A stretch of DNA of 64,000 nucleotides from assembly GCA_027023305.1 (NCBI GenBank), contig JALVVR010000048.1:150907-214906 (forward strand). The letters run 5' to 3'. The translations under genes and the position numbers were made by a program. Within the stretch, counting starts at the first letter, position 1. The number at the start of each line of letters is the position of its first letter. This stretch comes from Campylobacterales bacterium (lineage in GTDB: Bacteria; Campylobacterota; Campylobacteria; Campylobacterales; QNZT01). This document shows, piece after piece, positions 9,773-18,078 of this stretch. The notes beneath the pieces are model-generated. The model did no database searches and was not told the origin of the DNA. It worked only from the letters and a program-made list of their open reading frames with translations.

Positions 9773-12076
9773 ATGGCAGAAAATGAAGAGCTAGATGAAG
9801 TTATCCTTATTGATGATGAAATTGATGAGGAAGAAGAGCTACTTTTAGATAGTGATAAAGAAGAGCATAAAGAGAAAAAAAGCTCCAATACAACCAAATA
9901 TGTCATCATCTCTATAATATCTCTTCTAATTTTGCTAGCTCTCATAGGTACATACTTTCTTTTAAACCAAGATAAAGAGGAGATTGGATCTACTGAAACA
10001 AACTCCTCAAAAATACTTTCTAACATAAAAAAACATAAATCTTTTGCTAAACCTATGACAAACTTAGAATCACTAACAAAAAAAGCTAATAACCTATACA
10101 ATAGTGGTAAAAAAGAAGAAGCTTTAAAAATATACAAAAAGATATCTACTTTTCACAAATACTTATCTATCTTTAATCTTGGAGTATCAAGTCTTCAAAA
10201 AAATGATTTTAACAAATCTATAGGATATTTTGAAGAGTCTTTAAAGTTTGAAGAACTTAGCTTTGAAAGCTCTTTAAATCTTAGTATTTGCTATAAAAGT
10301 TTAAACAATCCTGAAAAATACAAACACTATCTAAACCAAGCAGATAAACTTGTGATAAACAAGTACAACTCACCACTTTTTGACTACTACTATGCACTTA
10401 TTTACTACTATAAAAACAAGCCTTTGGAGTCTATGATACTTTTAAACAAATACAAAGCTGCCTACTTTAGCTATGATAAAAACCTTCTACTAGCAAAGGA
10501 TTATATTTTGTTAAAAGATTATCCAAAAGCTCTCTCTCACCTTTTAAAACTAAAAGATAGTGACTATTATTTCACTATAGGGACACTTTACTCCAACTTT
10601 GGTAAGTATGATTTGGCACAAAACTATTTTATAAAAGCGATAAACTCAAAAAAAGATGTAGAAAAATCTCTAGTAGCTCTTAGTTTAGCTCAAAACAAGC
10701 TAGGAATGTTTGCTGATTGTAGTTCTACTTTAAAAACTATAAGCAAGAAACATCCAAAAGCTACAAAACTATTTCCTATAACTGTAAAGATAAAAGAGTC
10801 TTTATATGACCCTGTAAAGGCTCAAAAAGAGTTTAAAAACTCTATATTTTCAGATAAATTCAACAAATACACTCTACTGTTTTACTTTGCCCCTTATAAG
10901 CTATTTAACCCTGAGCAAACTAACTCTTTACTTAAAAGAGGTGTAAAAGAGATATATATAGATAACATAAATTCTGCAGATAACTACCTCAAAAAAGCTT
11001 CAAACATATCTGAGATAAATACAAAGATAGTGCAAGGATTAAAACTTTTACAAAGTCATAAAGTATATGAAGCAAACAAGCTTTTTAAAAATCTTATCAA
11101 AATCTATCCAAATCACTCAATCTTACATTACAACTTAGCACTAAGTTATGCAAACATAAATGATTTCCAAAATGCAAAAAAACACTTTGAGAAAAGTTAC
11201 CTATTGGATAAAACAAACTATCTATCTGCTTTTTTCTCTGCTTTTAGCTCAATACTAACTAACAAAAAATTTGATGATAAAACTATACTAAATATTGTAA
11301 AAAACAACAAAAAACATACAAAACAGATAATCCTTCTGAACAAAATCCTACAAGATGACCCAACTATACACTTAAGAGATGAAAAAAATCTTACCTCTTT
11401 TGATTTAATACTAAACATCATACTCTCTAATCTATCAAACAATTATACAAACTATAAACTTTTTACAAAAAAACTGCATATCATGATGCCAAAGGATTTA
11501 GTTACAAACATACTCTATGTTGACATGATTTCACAAACAAAAGATATAAAAGGTTATGCTAAAAATGTCCAAAACTATCTTGCAATAAAATCTTTAAATA
11601 AAAAACCTCTGCTTTATGGTGAAACTATTGCGAGAGAATTGTATATAAAAGTTTTAAATATAGCTGGTATAACAAGATTTGCAAAAGAACTTTTAGAAAA
11701 TGAACTTCCAACAAATCAAAACCAGATAGCACTTTTACAATCTTTAGCTTACACTTACATATATACAAAAGATTATGAAAAAGCTTACAAAATATATAAC
11801 AATCTTATTGACAACCTAAAAGTAGATGATCCACATACCCTACTTTTAGCTTCAGTTTCATCCATAGGAGCTAATCATCATGCAAATGCCATAGCACTTC
11901 AAGAGTTAGCAAATATAAACGACCGAACATTATTTGAAAGCAGATTTGCTTTAGGGATTCTTTATCAAGAGGCAAAAAATTTTGAGGGAGCTTCAATCCA
12001 ATTTTTAAAAATAGGAAATAGTGGGTTTAAGCCAAAGTACTTTGACTTTGACTTAAGAAACAAGGCTCAAAAATAA
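9773..12076 (+). CDS. pflB: Membrane-anchored TPR protein, probable flagellar motor accessory protein PflB
   Basis: Acidic N-terminus, single TM helix, TPR-like helices; trpS-serS-pflB synteny as in Campylobacter jejuni. Confidence 0.75.
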   Translation: MAENEELDEVILIDDEIDEEEELLLDSDKEEHKEKKSSNTTKYVIISIISLLILLALIGTYFLLNQDKEEIGSTETNSSKILSNIKKHKSFAKPMTNLESLTKKANNLYNSGKKEEALKIYKKISTFHKYLSIFNLGVSSLQKNDFNKSIGYFEESLKFEELSFESSLNLSICYKSLNNPEKYKHYLNQADKLVINKYNSPLFDYYYALIYYYKNKPLESMILLNKYKAAYFSYDKNLLLAKDYILLKDYPKALSHLLKLKDSDYYFTIGTLYSNFGKYDLAQNYFIKAINSKKDVEKSLVALSLAQNKLGMFADCSSTLKTISKKHPKATKLFPITVKIKESLYDPVKAQKEFKNSIFSDKFNKYTLLFYFAPYKLFNPEQTNSLLKRGVKEIYIDNINSADNYLKKASNISEINTKIVQGLKLLQSHKVYEANKLFKNLIKIYPNHSILHYNLALSYANINDFQNAKKHFEKSYLLDKTNYLSAFFSAFSSILTNKKFDDKTILNIVKNNKKHTKQIILLNKILQDDPTIHLRDEKNLTSFDLILNIILSNLSNNYTNYKLFTKKLHIMMPKDLVTNILYVDMISQTKDIKGYAKNVQNYLAIKSLNKKPLLYGETIARELYIKVLNIAGITRFAKELLENELPTNQNQIALLQSLAYTYIYTKDYEKAYKIYNNLIDNLKVDDPHTLLLASVSSIGANHHANAIALQELANINDRTLFESRFALGILYQEAKNFEGASIQFLKIGNSGFKPKYFDFDLRNKAQK

Positions 12077-12120
12077 CTTAATTTTAGGAATCTTTGCTAT
12101 ACGATATAATTAATAAATAG

Positions 12121-15100
12121 TTGTCTAAAAAAGATATAGTATTGATTATGCTTTAGTGAAATAATATATTCTTTTAGATAAACTATATTTAAACAAAAAG
12201 CTATAAATATTATAAAATGATATATTTTATTTACAAATAAAAATCGTTTTGCTAAGATTTTAAAAAATTTAAGGATACCTAGAAATGAATTTAAAACAAT
12301 ACTATAATGAATTTGATAATAAATTTAATAATTTAAAATTTATAGATAAAAAGTTTTATGAAAATATGGGCATTGTTGCATTTAATTCAAAAGCTAAGGT
12401 AAAAGATTCACAAAATAGATATAGTGAAGAATATATTAGAGCAAGATTTGTTTATGCACTTATTCATAGTGGTCTTTATCCAAAAGAATATATTTGTATA
12501 GAATTTGGTTTTCCCAAAGGTAATACAAAAACAAAATTAAAACCTGACATAGTAATATTTAAAAATAAGGAGTGGCAAAAAGATTTTAAAGAAGCTGTGT
12601 CTAATAAAAATTTTTCAAAAATTAGACAAAATATTTTAGTTATTTTTGAAACAAAAAAAAATAATAAATCAATAGAAAATGCTATTGAAAATCAACTTCG
12701 TTCTGCCATGAATGAGAATGAATCAAAAGATAAAATATTTGGTATTTATTTTGATGATGAAGATGATATCTTAATATTTAAAAAGTTTGGTAATTCACCT
12801 ATTAGAAGATTTAATGAAAATTTAGAAAGAAGTAGTGGTGGTATAACAAATTTAAATTTTGATAAGAGAGATCTTTTAAATGAAATTCCATCATTTGAAG
12901 ATTTTAAAAATAACAATGAAAGCATTTCAAATCTTGAAAAATTAACAATAGATTCTCTTGAAGCAATAGATGAAACAAATTTTGAAAAATTTATGTCTGT
13001 ATTGAGTAAAGATGCTGATAGGATAAGACCAAAACATGAGGAAAGAGATTTAATTGTAGAGTTTTTAACATTAAAAGTATTTGATGAAAAACGAAGTAAA
13101 AGAGATAAAACAAATTTGTTATTTTATATTAAATCAAGTGAAATAAAAAAAGATGGTCTGGCAGAGCTTAGTTTTAGACAACGAATAATAAATCTTTATA
13201 AAGATGCTAAGAAAGAATATAAAACAATTCTTTCTAAACCATATTTTACTTATGATAAAAGTTTTAGACCTAGTGATGCAAACGAAGAAAGATTTTTAAT
13301 AGCATTAGTGGAAAATTTTCAAAAACGAGCTATCCTAAAATCAAAAAATGAAAGTTTTAATCAGATTATTTTTAATAATTTTGGAAGTGAAAAACAAAAA
13401 GCAGATAAAGGACAATTTTTCACTCCTATTCCAGTTGTAAAAACAATTATTAAAATATTAAATCCAATTAAAAATGAAGAGCTGTGTGATCCTTGCTGTG
13501 GTATAGCAGATTTCCCAACTATGGCATTTAGACATTCATATAGAGATAAGGTTGATGATTTTCCAAATGCAAGTCATTATTATGGCTTTGATCTTGAACC
13601 CAATAATTTAAAATTAGCAGAACTAAATCTTGTACTAAATGGGGATGGTGGTGCTACACTTAAACAAATGGATTCTTTATTTCAAAAAATGCTTATTTCT
13701 GGTGAAGTAAATAATATAGGAGAGTTTACAGATAAATTCTATGATACAAACTGGTTTCACAAAGATGATAGTGATAAAGATTTAAGAAAATTTAAAATAA
13801 TAGCAACTAATCCTCCATTTGGTAAAGGTCGGGATTTATTAATAACTAAATCTAATAAATCAACAATAAACCTATATGAAACATATCATGAAAAACTTGA
13901 ACTTGATACAAGGGGTAATAAGAAATTACCAAATAGTATGGATATGGGAGTTTTATTTTTAGAAAATAGCTATAAATTGCTTGAAGCTGGTGGTAGGATG
14001 GGTATTGTTCTTTCCAACTCAATTGCAAGTATAAAAGAATGGGAAAGAGTTAGACTCTGGTTACTAGATAAGATGAGGATTGTGGCATTATTTGATTTAC
14101 CAGCAAATACATTTGGTGAGACAGGTGTTTCCACAACTGTAATAATTGCTTATAAACCAAAAGAAAATGAACAACATTTATTAAATAATAATTATGAAAT
14201 ATTTATAAAAGAAATACAAAATCTCGGTTATAAAGTACATGAAAAACAAAGAATAGTTCAATTTAAACCACAATTTATAATCAATGAAGAAACTTTTGAA
14301 TTTACAAGTGACTTAAATGAAGATTTTACGGCTATGATAAAAGATTTTAAACAATATCTTCAAAGACAGGAAGAAGAAATAAAAGATGCTTTTCATTTAA
14401 AGGAGTTTGAATAATGAAAAGTTATATATCTAAAAATTTATTGATTAATAAAAAAGATATATTAAATAAAAAATCTTTTCTTCCTAAAGATTATAGAATG
14501 ATTGAATCAAACAATAGTAATTTTTATACAATTAATCAATATATTATAGAAGAAAAAGTAGGTGAACAAATAAATGTAGAAAATTATCTAACTTTTAATA
14601 GTGATTTTAAATTAATCACTATATCTAATATGGAGAATTTATTATTAGATTTTTCAAAAGGTGAATGGATTCCTCCAAAATTATATAAAAAATCATCAAA
14701 AAAAATCCGAAAAGGTGAATTTTTAATTAGTAGAAATGCTTCATTGGGAAAAATATCTTTTGTAAATAAAAAATGCAATGCAATACTAAATGGTGGAATA
14801 TCCAAACTACTTATAGATGATAAAAAAAAGTGGTATATCTTTGCCTTTTTTATTTCTAATTATGGAAAAGATTACTTATCCCTATTAACTTCTGGTGGCG
14901 GTACACAACAAAATGCAAAAAGACAAAATCTTCTTGATGTTAAAATTCCTTTTCCAACTAGTTATAATCATGATAATCCAAATGATATTGAGTTATTGGT
15001 ATCTTTAATTACCCAAAATATAATTGATAAAGAAGAACAAATTAATTTTAAAAGAGAACAAATAGATAATTTTATAGAAAATGAATTGAAAAATCATCAA

Positions 15101-15942
15101 AAATCAAACTCTCAACAATATAGTTATCCAAAATTAAATTTATTAAAAAAAGAAATTAGACTTGATACAGGATTATATGAAAAAGAATACCAACTAAATA
15201 ATAATTTAATAACAAATTATATAAATGGGTATTTTAATATACCAATAGAAAAATTTAAAAGTGGATCTACTCCAAAAATAAGAATATTTAATGGTGGTAA
15301 ACTTAATTACAATTGGGTTACACCTACAGATATTAAAGATTTTGGTTTTTACACTCCTATTGAAAAAATATCTATGCCAACAATCTATAATTTAACACAG
15401 GATGCTATTTTATTTATAAACAGAACTTCAAAAGGAAAAAAAGGTGAATATGTTGGGATATCTTGTTTTTACGATTATAGTTACTATAGCAAGGGACACC
15501 ATAACCAAGGTATATATAGAGTTGAGGATTTTTCAAAACTAGAGAAGTTATTTATAACAACTTTTATGAATAGTAAAATAGTGAGAAAAATTTGTGGAAG
15601 AGTATCAATCGGTTCAAAAATGAAAGAGATGAAATCTTATGATTTTTCTAAATTAAATTTTCCAAATTTTCCAATAAATAAACAAAAAAAAGTAGTAAAA
15701 CATTATTACAATTATATAGATAACTTAAATGATATTACATTTGATAATTACTTAGATAAAAATAAAAAGCGAAATAATAAATTAGGTGTGTATCAGCTCT
15801 CTATTGAAATATTTACTTTGAAGAAAAAATTGGAAATAATAATTGATAAAATAATATTAAATAGTAAAATAAATATAGAAGAGTATTTATTAGACAACAA
15901 TACCTACCACCAAACAGGTAAACCTGTCGGTGAAGTCAATCA
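12121..15942 (+). mobile_element. Solitary integron gene cassette carrying a two-gene R-M system, inserted at a secondary (attG-like) site
   Basis: Left end G|TTGTCTAA (12120-12128) is the exact reverse complement of TTAGACAAC (15890-15898), the R'' box of a downstream attC; interior is visibly more AT-rich than the flanks. Confidence 0.8.
12285..14414 (+). CDS. Fused restriction endonuclease / N6-adenine methyltransferase (Type IIB/IIG-like RM subunit)
   Basis: N-terminal EEYIR and PD-(D/E)xK motif (KPDIVIF...FETK); GQFFTP; motif I DPCCG; motif IV NPPF; DLPANTF. Confidence 0.9.
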   Translation: MNLKQYYNEFDNKFNNLKFIDKKFYENMGIVAFNSKAKVKDSQNRYSEEYIRARFVYALIHSGLYPKEYICIEFGFPKGNTKTKLKPDIVIFKNKEWQKDFKEAVSNKNFSKIRQNILVIFETKKNNKSIENAIENQLRSAMNENESKDKIFGIYFDDEDDILIFKKFGNSPIRRFNENLERSSGGITNLNFDKRDLLNEIPSFEDFKNNNESISNLEKLTIDSLEAIDETNFEKFMSVLSKDADRIRPKHEERDLIVEFLTLKVFDEKRSKRDKTNLLFYIKSSEIKKDGLAELSFRQRIINLYKDAKKEYKTILSKPYFTYDKSFRPSDANEERFLIALVENFQKRAILKSKNESFNQIIFNNFGSEKQKADKGQFFTPIPVVKTIIKILNPIKNEELCDPCCGIADFPTMAFRHSYRDKVDDFPNASHYYGFDLEPNNLKLAELNLVLNGDGGATLKQMDSLFQKMLISGEVNNIGEFTDKFYDTNWFHKDDSDKDLRKFKIIATNPPFGKGRDLLITKSNKSTINLYETYHEKLELDTRGNKKLPNSMDMGVLFLENSYKLLEAGGRMGIVLSNSIASIKEWERVRLWLLDKMRIVALFDLPANTFGETGVSTTVIIAYKPKENEQHLLNNNYEIFIKEIQNLGYKVHEKQRIVQFKPQFIINEETFEFTSDLNEDFTAMIKDFKQYLQRQEEEIKDAFHLKEFE

Positions 15943-16015
15943 TTATCTAGGATCTATAACAAACTTAAAACCAGCATATGCTTTACTATCTAGTTTAAAA
16001 TCTCCACTTTTATAG
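14414..16015 (+). CDS. Restriction-modification specificity (S) subunit; ORF reads through attC into the end of the YfaZ-like gene
   Basis: TAATG coupling to the RM gene; two HsdS-like half-repeats ending LLDVKIPFP and SKLNFPNFPINKQKKVV. Confidence 0.8.
   Translation: MKSYISKNLLINKKDILNKKSFLPKDYRMIESNNSNFYTINQYIIEEKVGEQINVENYLTFNSDFKLITISNMENLLLDFSKGEWIPPKLYKKSSKKIRKGEFLISRNASLGKISFVNKKCNAILNGGISKLLIDDKKKWYIFAFFISNYGKDYLSLLTSGGGTQQNAKRQNLLDVKIPFPTSYNHDNPNDIELLVSLITQNIIDKEEQINFKREQIDNFIENELKNHQKSNSQQYSYPKLNLLKKEIRLDTGLYEKEYQLNNNLITNYINGYFNIPIEKFKSGSTPKIRIFNGGKLNYNWVTPTDIKDFGFYTPIEKISMPTIYNLTQDAILFINRTSKGKKGEYVGISCFYDYSYYSKGHHNQGIYRVEDFSKLEKLFITTFMNSKIVRKICGRVSIGSKMKEMKSYDFSKLNFPNFPINKQKKVVKHYYNYIDNLNDITFDNYLDKNKKRNNKLGVYQLSIEIFTLKKKLEIIIDKIILNSKINIEEYLLDNNTYHQTGKPVGEVNHYLGSITNLKPAYALLSSLKSPLL
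15892..15948 (+). other. attC recombination site (57 bp) with degenerate R' (ATT instead of GTT)
   Basis: R'' AGACAAC, 5-nt spacer AATAC, L'' CTACCACC, stem AA-(A)-CAGGT-AA-ACCTG-TC, L' GGTGAAG, 6-nt spacer TCAATC, R' ATTATCT. Confidence 0.8.
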
Positions 16016-16524
16016 TTTGTATTTACTCTTCTAGCTCCTACATAGACATTTACATTTGGGATGATATTTGTATCTAGTTCCACTCTATAGTCTCCATAGT
16101 TTTCACCATCTTGAAAAGTTAAAACACTTGGTGCATAATCAGCCTTTATACCAAGATAAGTTTCAGGAAGTCCCTCTAAGCCAAGTCTAGCTTTTGCACC
16201 AAAAGTTATAGGCATAGCTGTAAAACTATCAGCACCATTACTACTATGAACACCTTTTAAACCTATACTAAACAAAAGATTTTGGTAGTTTATCGGAGAA
16301 TTCTCTGCACTTACTCCTAATCCATAAAGATTTTTTTTAGCATTTAGATAGTTACCCTCTAGAAAAAAGTTTCTATACTCTGGAACATCAGTAAAATACT
16401 CTATAGAACTCTTACCCTCTATCTCAACATCATCTTGATTTATATTGATTCCTATTGAAGCTCTCTCAAAACTAAACAAACTTGTTGCTACTAGTAACGA
16501 AACTAAGGAAATTTTCTTTAACAT
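15943..16524 (-). CDS. YfaZ-family outer-membrane beta-barrel protein
   Basis: Signal peptide; YAPSVLTF motif; alternating beta pattern; C-terminal YAGFKF. Confidence 0.8.
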   Translation of the reverse strand: MLKKISLVSLLVATSLFSFERASIGININQDDVEIEGKSSIEYFTDVPEYRNFFLEGNYLNAKKNLYGLGVSAENSPINYQNLLFSIGLKGVHSSNGADSFTAMPITFGAKARLGLEGLPETYLGIKADYAPSVLTFQDGENYGDYRVELDTNIIPNVNVYVGARRVNTNYKSGDFKLDSKAYAGFKFVIDPR

Positions 16525-16581
16525 TTCTTACTCCTTGGTAATTTTTTTATATTTTAAGATAACTTTTATTATAGTTTGTTT

Positions 16582-18078
16582 ATGAAATATTTAATTTTAC
16601 TAATTTTTTTTATAAATAATTTAGTTTCGTCAAGTTTACACCTCTCAATTAGTTCTAGTCCAAGTAGATTAAACCCTATGTTAGCGACTGATAGTGCTAG
16701 TAGTGAGATATCAGGATGGATTTTTAACTCATTAGTTGAATATGATAAAAATGGCACTATTATTCCAAGACTATCATCAAGTTGGCACTTTATAGATGAT
16801 AAAACCTTAATTTTTAAACTTAAAAAAAATATTAAGTGGAGTGATGGTAAACAATTTGGAGCAGATGATGTTGTCTTTACATACAAGCTCATAACCTCTC
16901 CAAAAATCTACACTCCATACTCTAATGAGTTTAGATATGTAAAATCAGTTGAGAAAATAGATGACTTTACCATAAAGGTTACCTATAAAAAACCATATTT
17001 TAAAGCTCTAAATACATGGATGACCTCCATAGTCCCAAAACATATCCTAGAAAAGCAAAAAGATATTATGACAAGTCCTTTTAATCAACACCCTATTGGA
17101 ACTGGAGCTTATACCATAGATGGCTTTGAAGTGAGCAAAGATATAGTCCTAAAAGCTAATCCAAACTATTTCATACATAAACCAAATATTGATAAAATCA
17201 TATATCATTTTATTCCTGACCCATCAACCTCTTTTCTCATGCTAAAAACAAAAAAACTAGATGTAGGAGGACTTACACCTCTTCAAGTCGAGAGACAATT
17301 AACAAAAGATTTCAAATCAACCTACAATATCTTTGAAAAAATGTCAAACTCATATACATACCTAGGTTTCAACTTAAAAAACAAAAAGTTTCAAAATCCT
17401 CTAGTTAGAAAAGCTATCTCTATGGCGATAGACAAGCAACAACTCATTGATATACTTTTTTTCGGTCATGGAAGAGTTTGTAATGGTCCATTTATGCCAA
17501 AAACTTGGGGCTATAACAAAGATATAAAAACTCCTTACAATCCACAAAAAGCAAAAGAGTTACTTAAAGAAGCTGGATATACAAAAAAAAATCCACTTAC
17601 TTTTACCATAACAACTAATTCAAACAATGATATAAGAGTAAATGCAGTTCAAATAATCCAATACCAACTAGCAAAAATAGGAGTAAAAGTAAAGATAAAA
17701 ACTATGGAGTGGCAAGCTTTTTTAAATACTGTTGTCATGCCAAAAAACTTTGAAGCTGTAGTTCTTGGTTGGGGATTATCCATCTCTCCTGATGCCTACT
17801 CTATTTGGCATAGTGATGGAGCTAAAAAAGGTGGTTTTAACTTTGTTAGTTACAAAAACCAAAAAGTTGATAAACTCATAAAAAAAGCTGAAACAACTAT
17901 CGATAAAAAATTACTATCTAGTTACTATAAAGAGATTTTCAAACTTATAGTAAATGACCACCCTTATGTCTTTTTATATATTCCAAACTCTATAACTGCT
18001 GTAAGTAAATCTATAAAAAATGTAAGCCCTAGTATCATAGGTATCATGCATAATGAGATTGATTGGATAAAGCCCTAA
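16582..18078 (+). CDS. Peptide ABC transporter substrate-binding protein (family 5)
   Basis: LNPMLATDSAS, KWSDGKQFGADDVVFTY and PIGTGAY; ATG at 16582 preferred over the TTG at 16576. Confidence 0.92.
   Translation: MKYLILLIFFINNLVSSSLHLSISSSPSRLNPMLATDSASSEISGWIFNSLVEYDKNGTIIPRLSSSWHFIDDKTLIFKLKKNIKWSDGKQFGADDVVFTYKLITSPKIYTPYSNEFRYVKSVEKIDDFTIKVTYKKPYFKALNTWMTSIVPKHILEKQKDIMTSPFNQHPIGTGAYTIDGFEVSKDIVLKANPNYFIHKPNIDKIIYHFIPDPSTSFLMLKTKKLDVGGLTPLQVERQLTKDFKSTYNIFEKMSNSYTYLGFNLKNKKFQNPLVRKAISMAIDKQQLIDILFFGHGRVCNGPFMPKTWGYNKDIKTPYNPQKAKELLKEAGYTKKNPLTFTITTNSNNDIRVNAVQIIQYQLAKIGVKVKIKTMEWQAFLNTVVMPKNFEAVVLGWGLSISPDAYSIWHSDGAKKGGFNFVSYKNQKVDKLIKKAETTIDKKLLSSYYKEIFKLIVNDHPYVFLYIPNSITAVSKSIKNVSPSIIGIMHNEIDWIKP

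Noticed and set aside
12077-12120. A true attI site with an integron platform at the cassette's left end
   Set aside because: No tyrosine recombinase gene is adjacent (pflB is upstream); only a TATAAT at 12105-12110 is visible, so a secondary site is the simpler explanation
12285-14414. Orphan Type I hsdM of an incomplete hsdRMS system
   Set aside because: The protein carries its own N-terminal PD-(D/E)xK nuclease motif, and the cassette boundaries leave no room for hsdR
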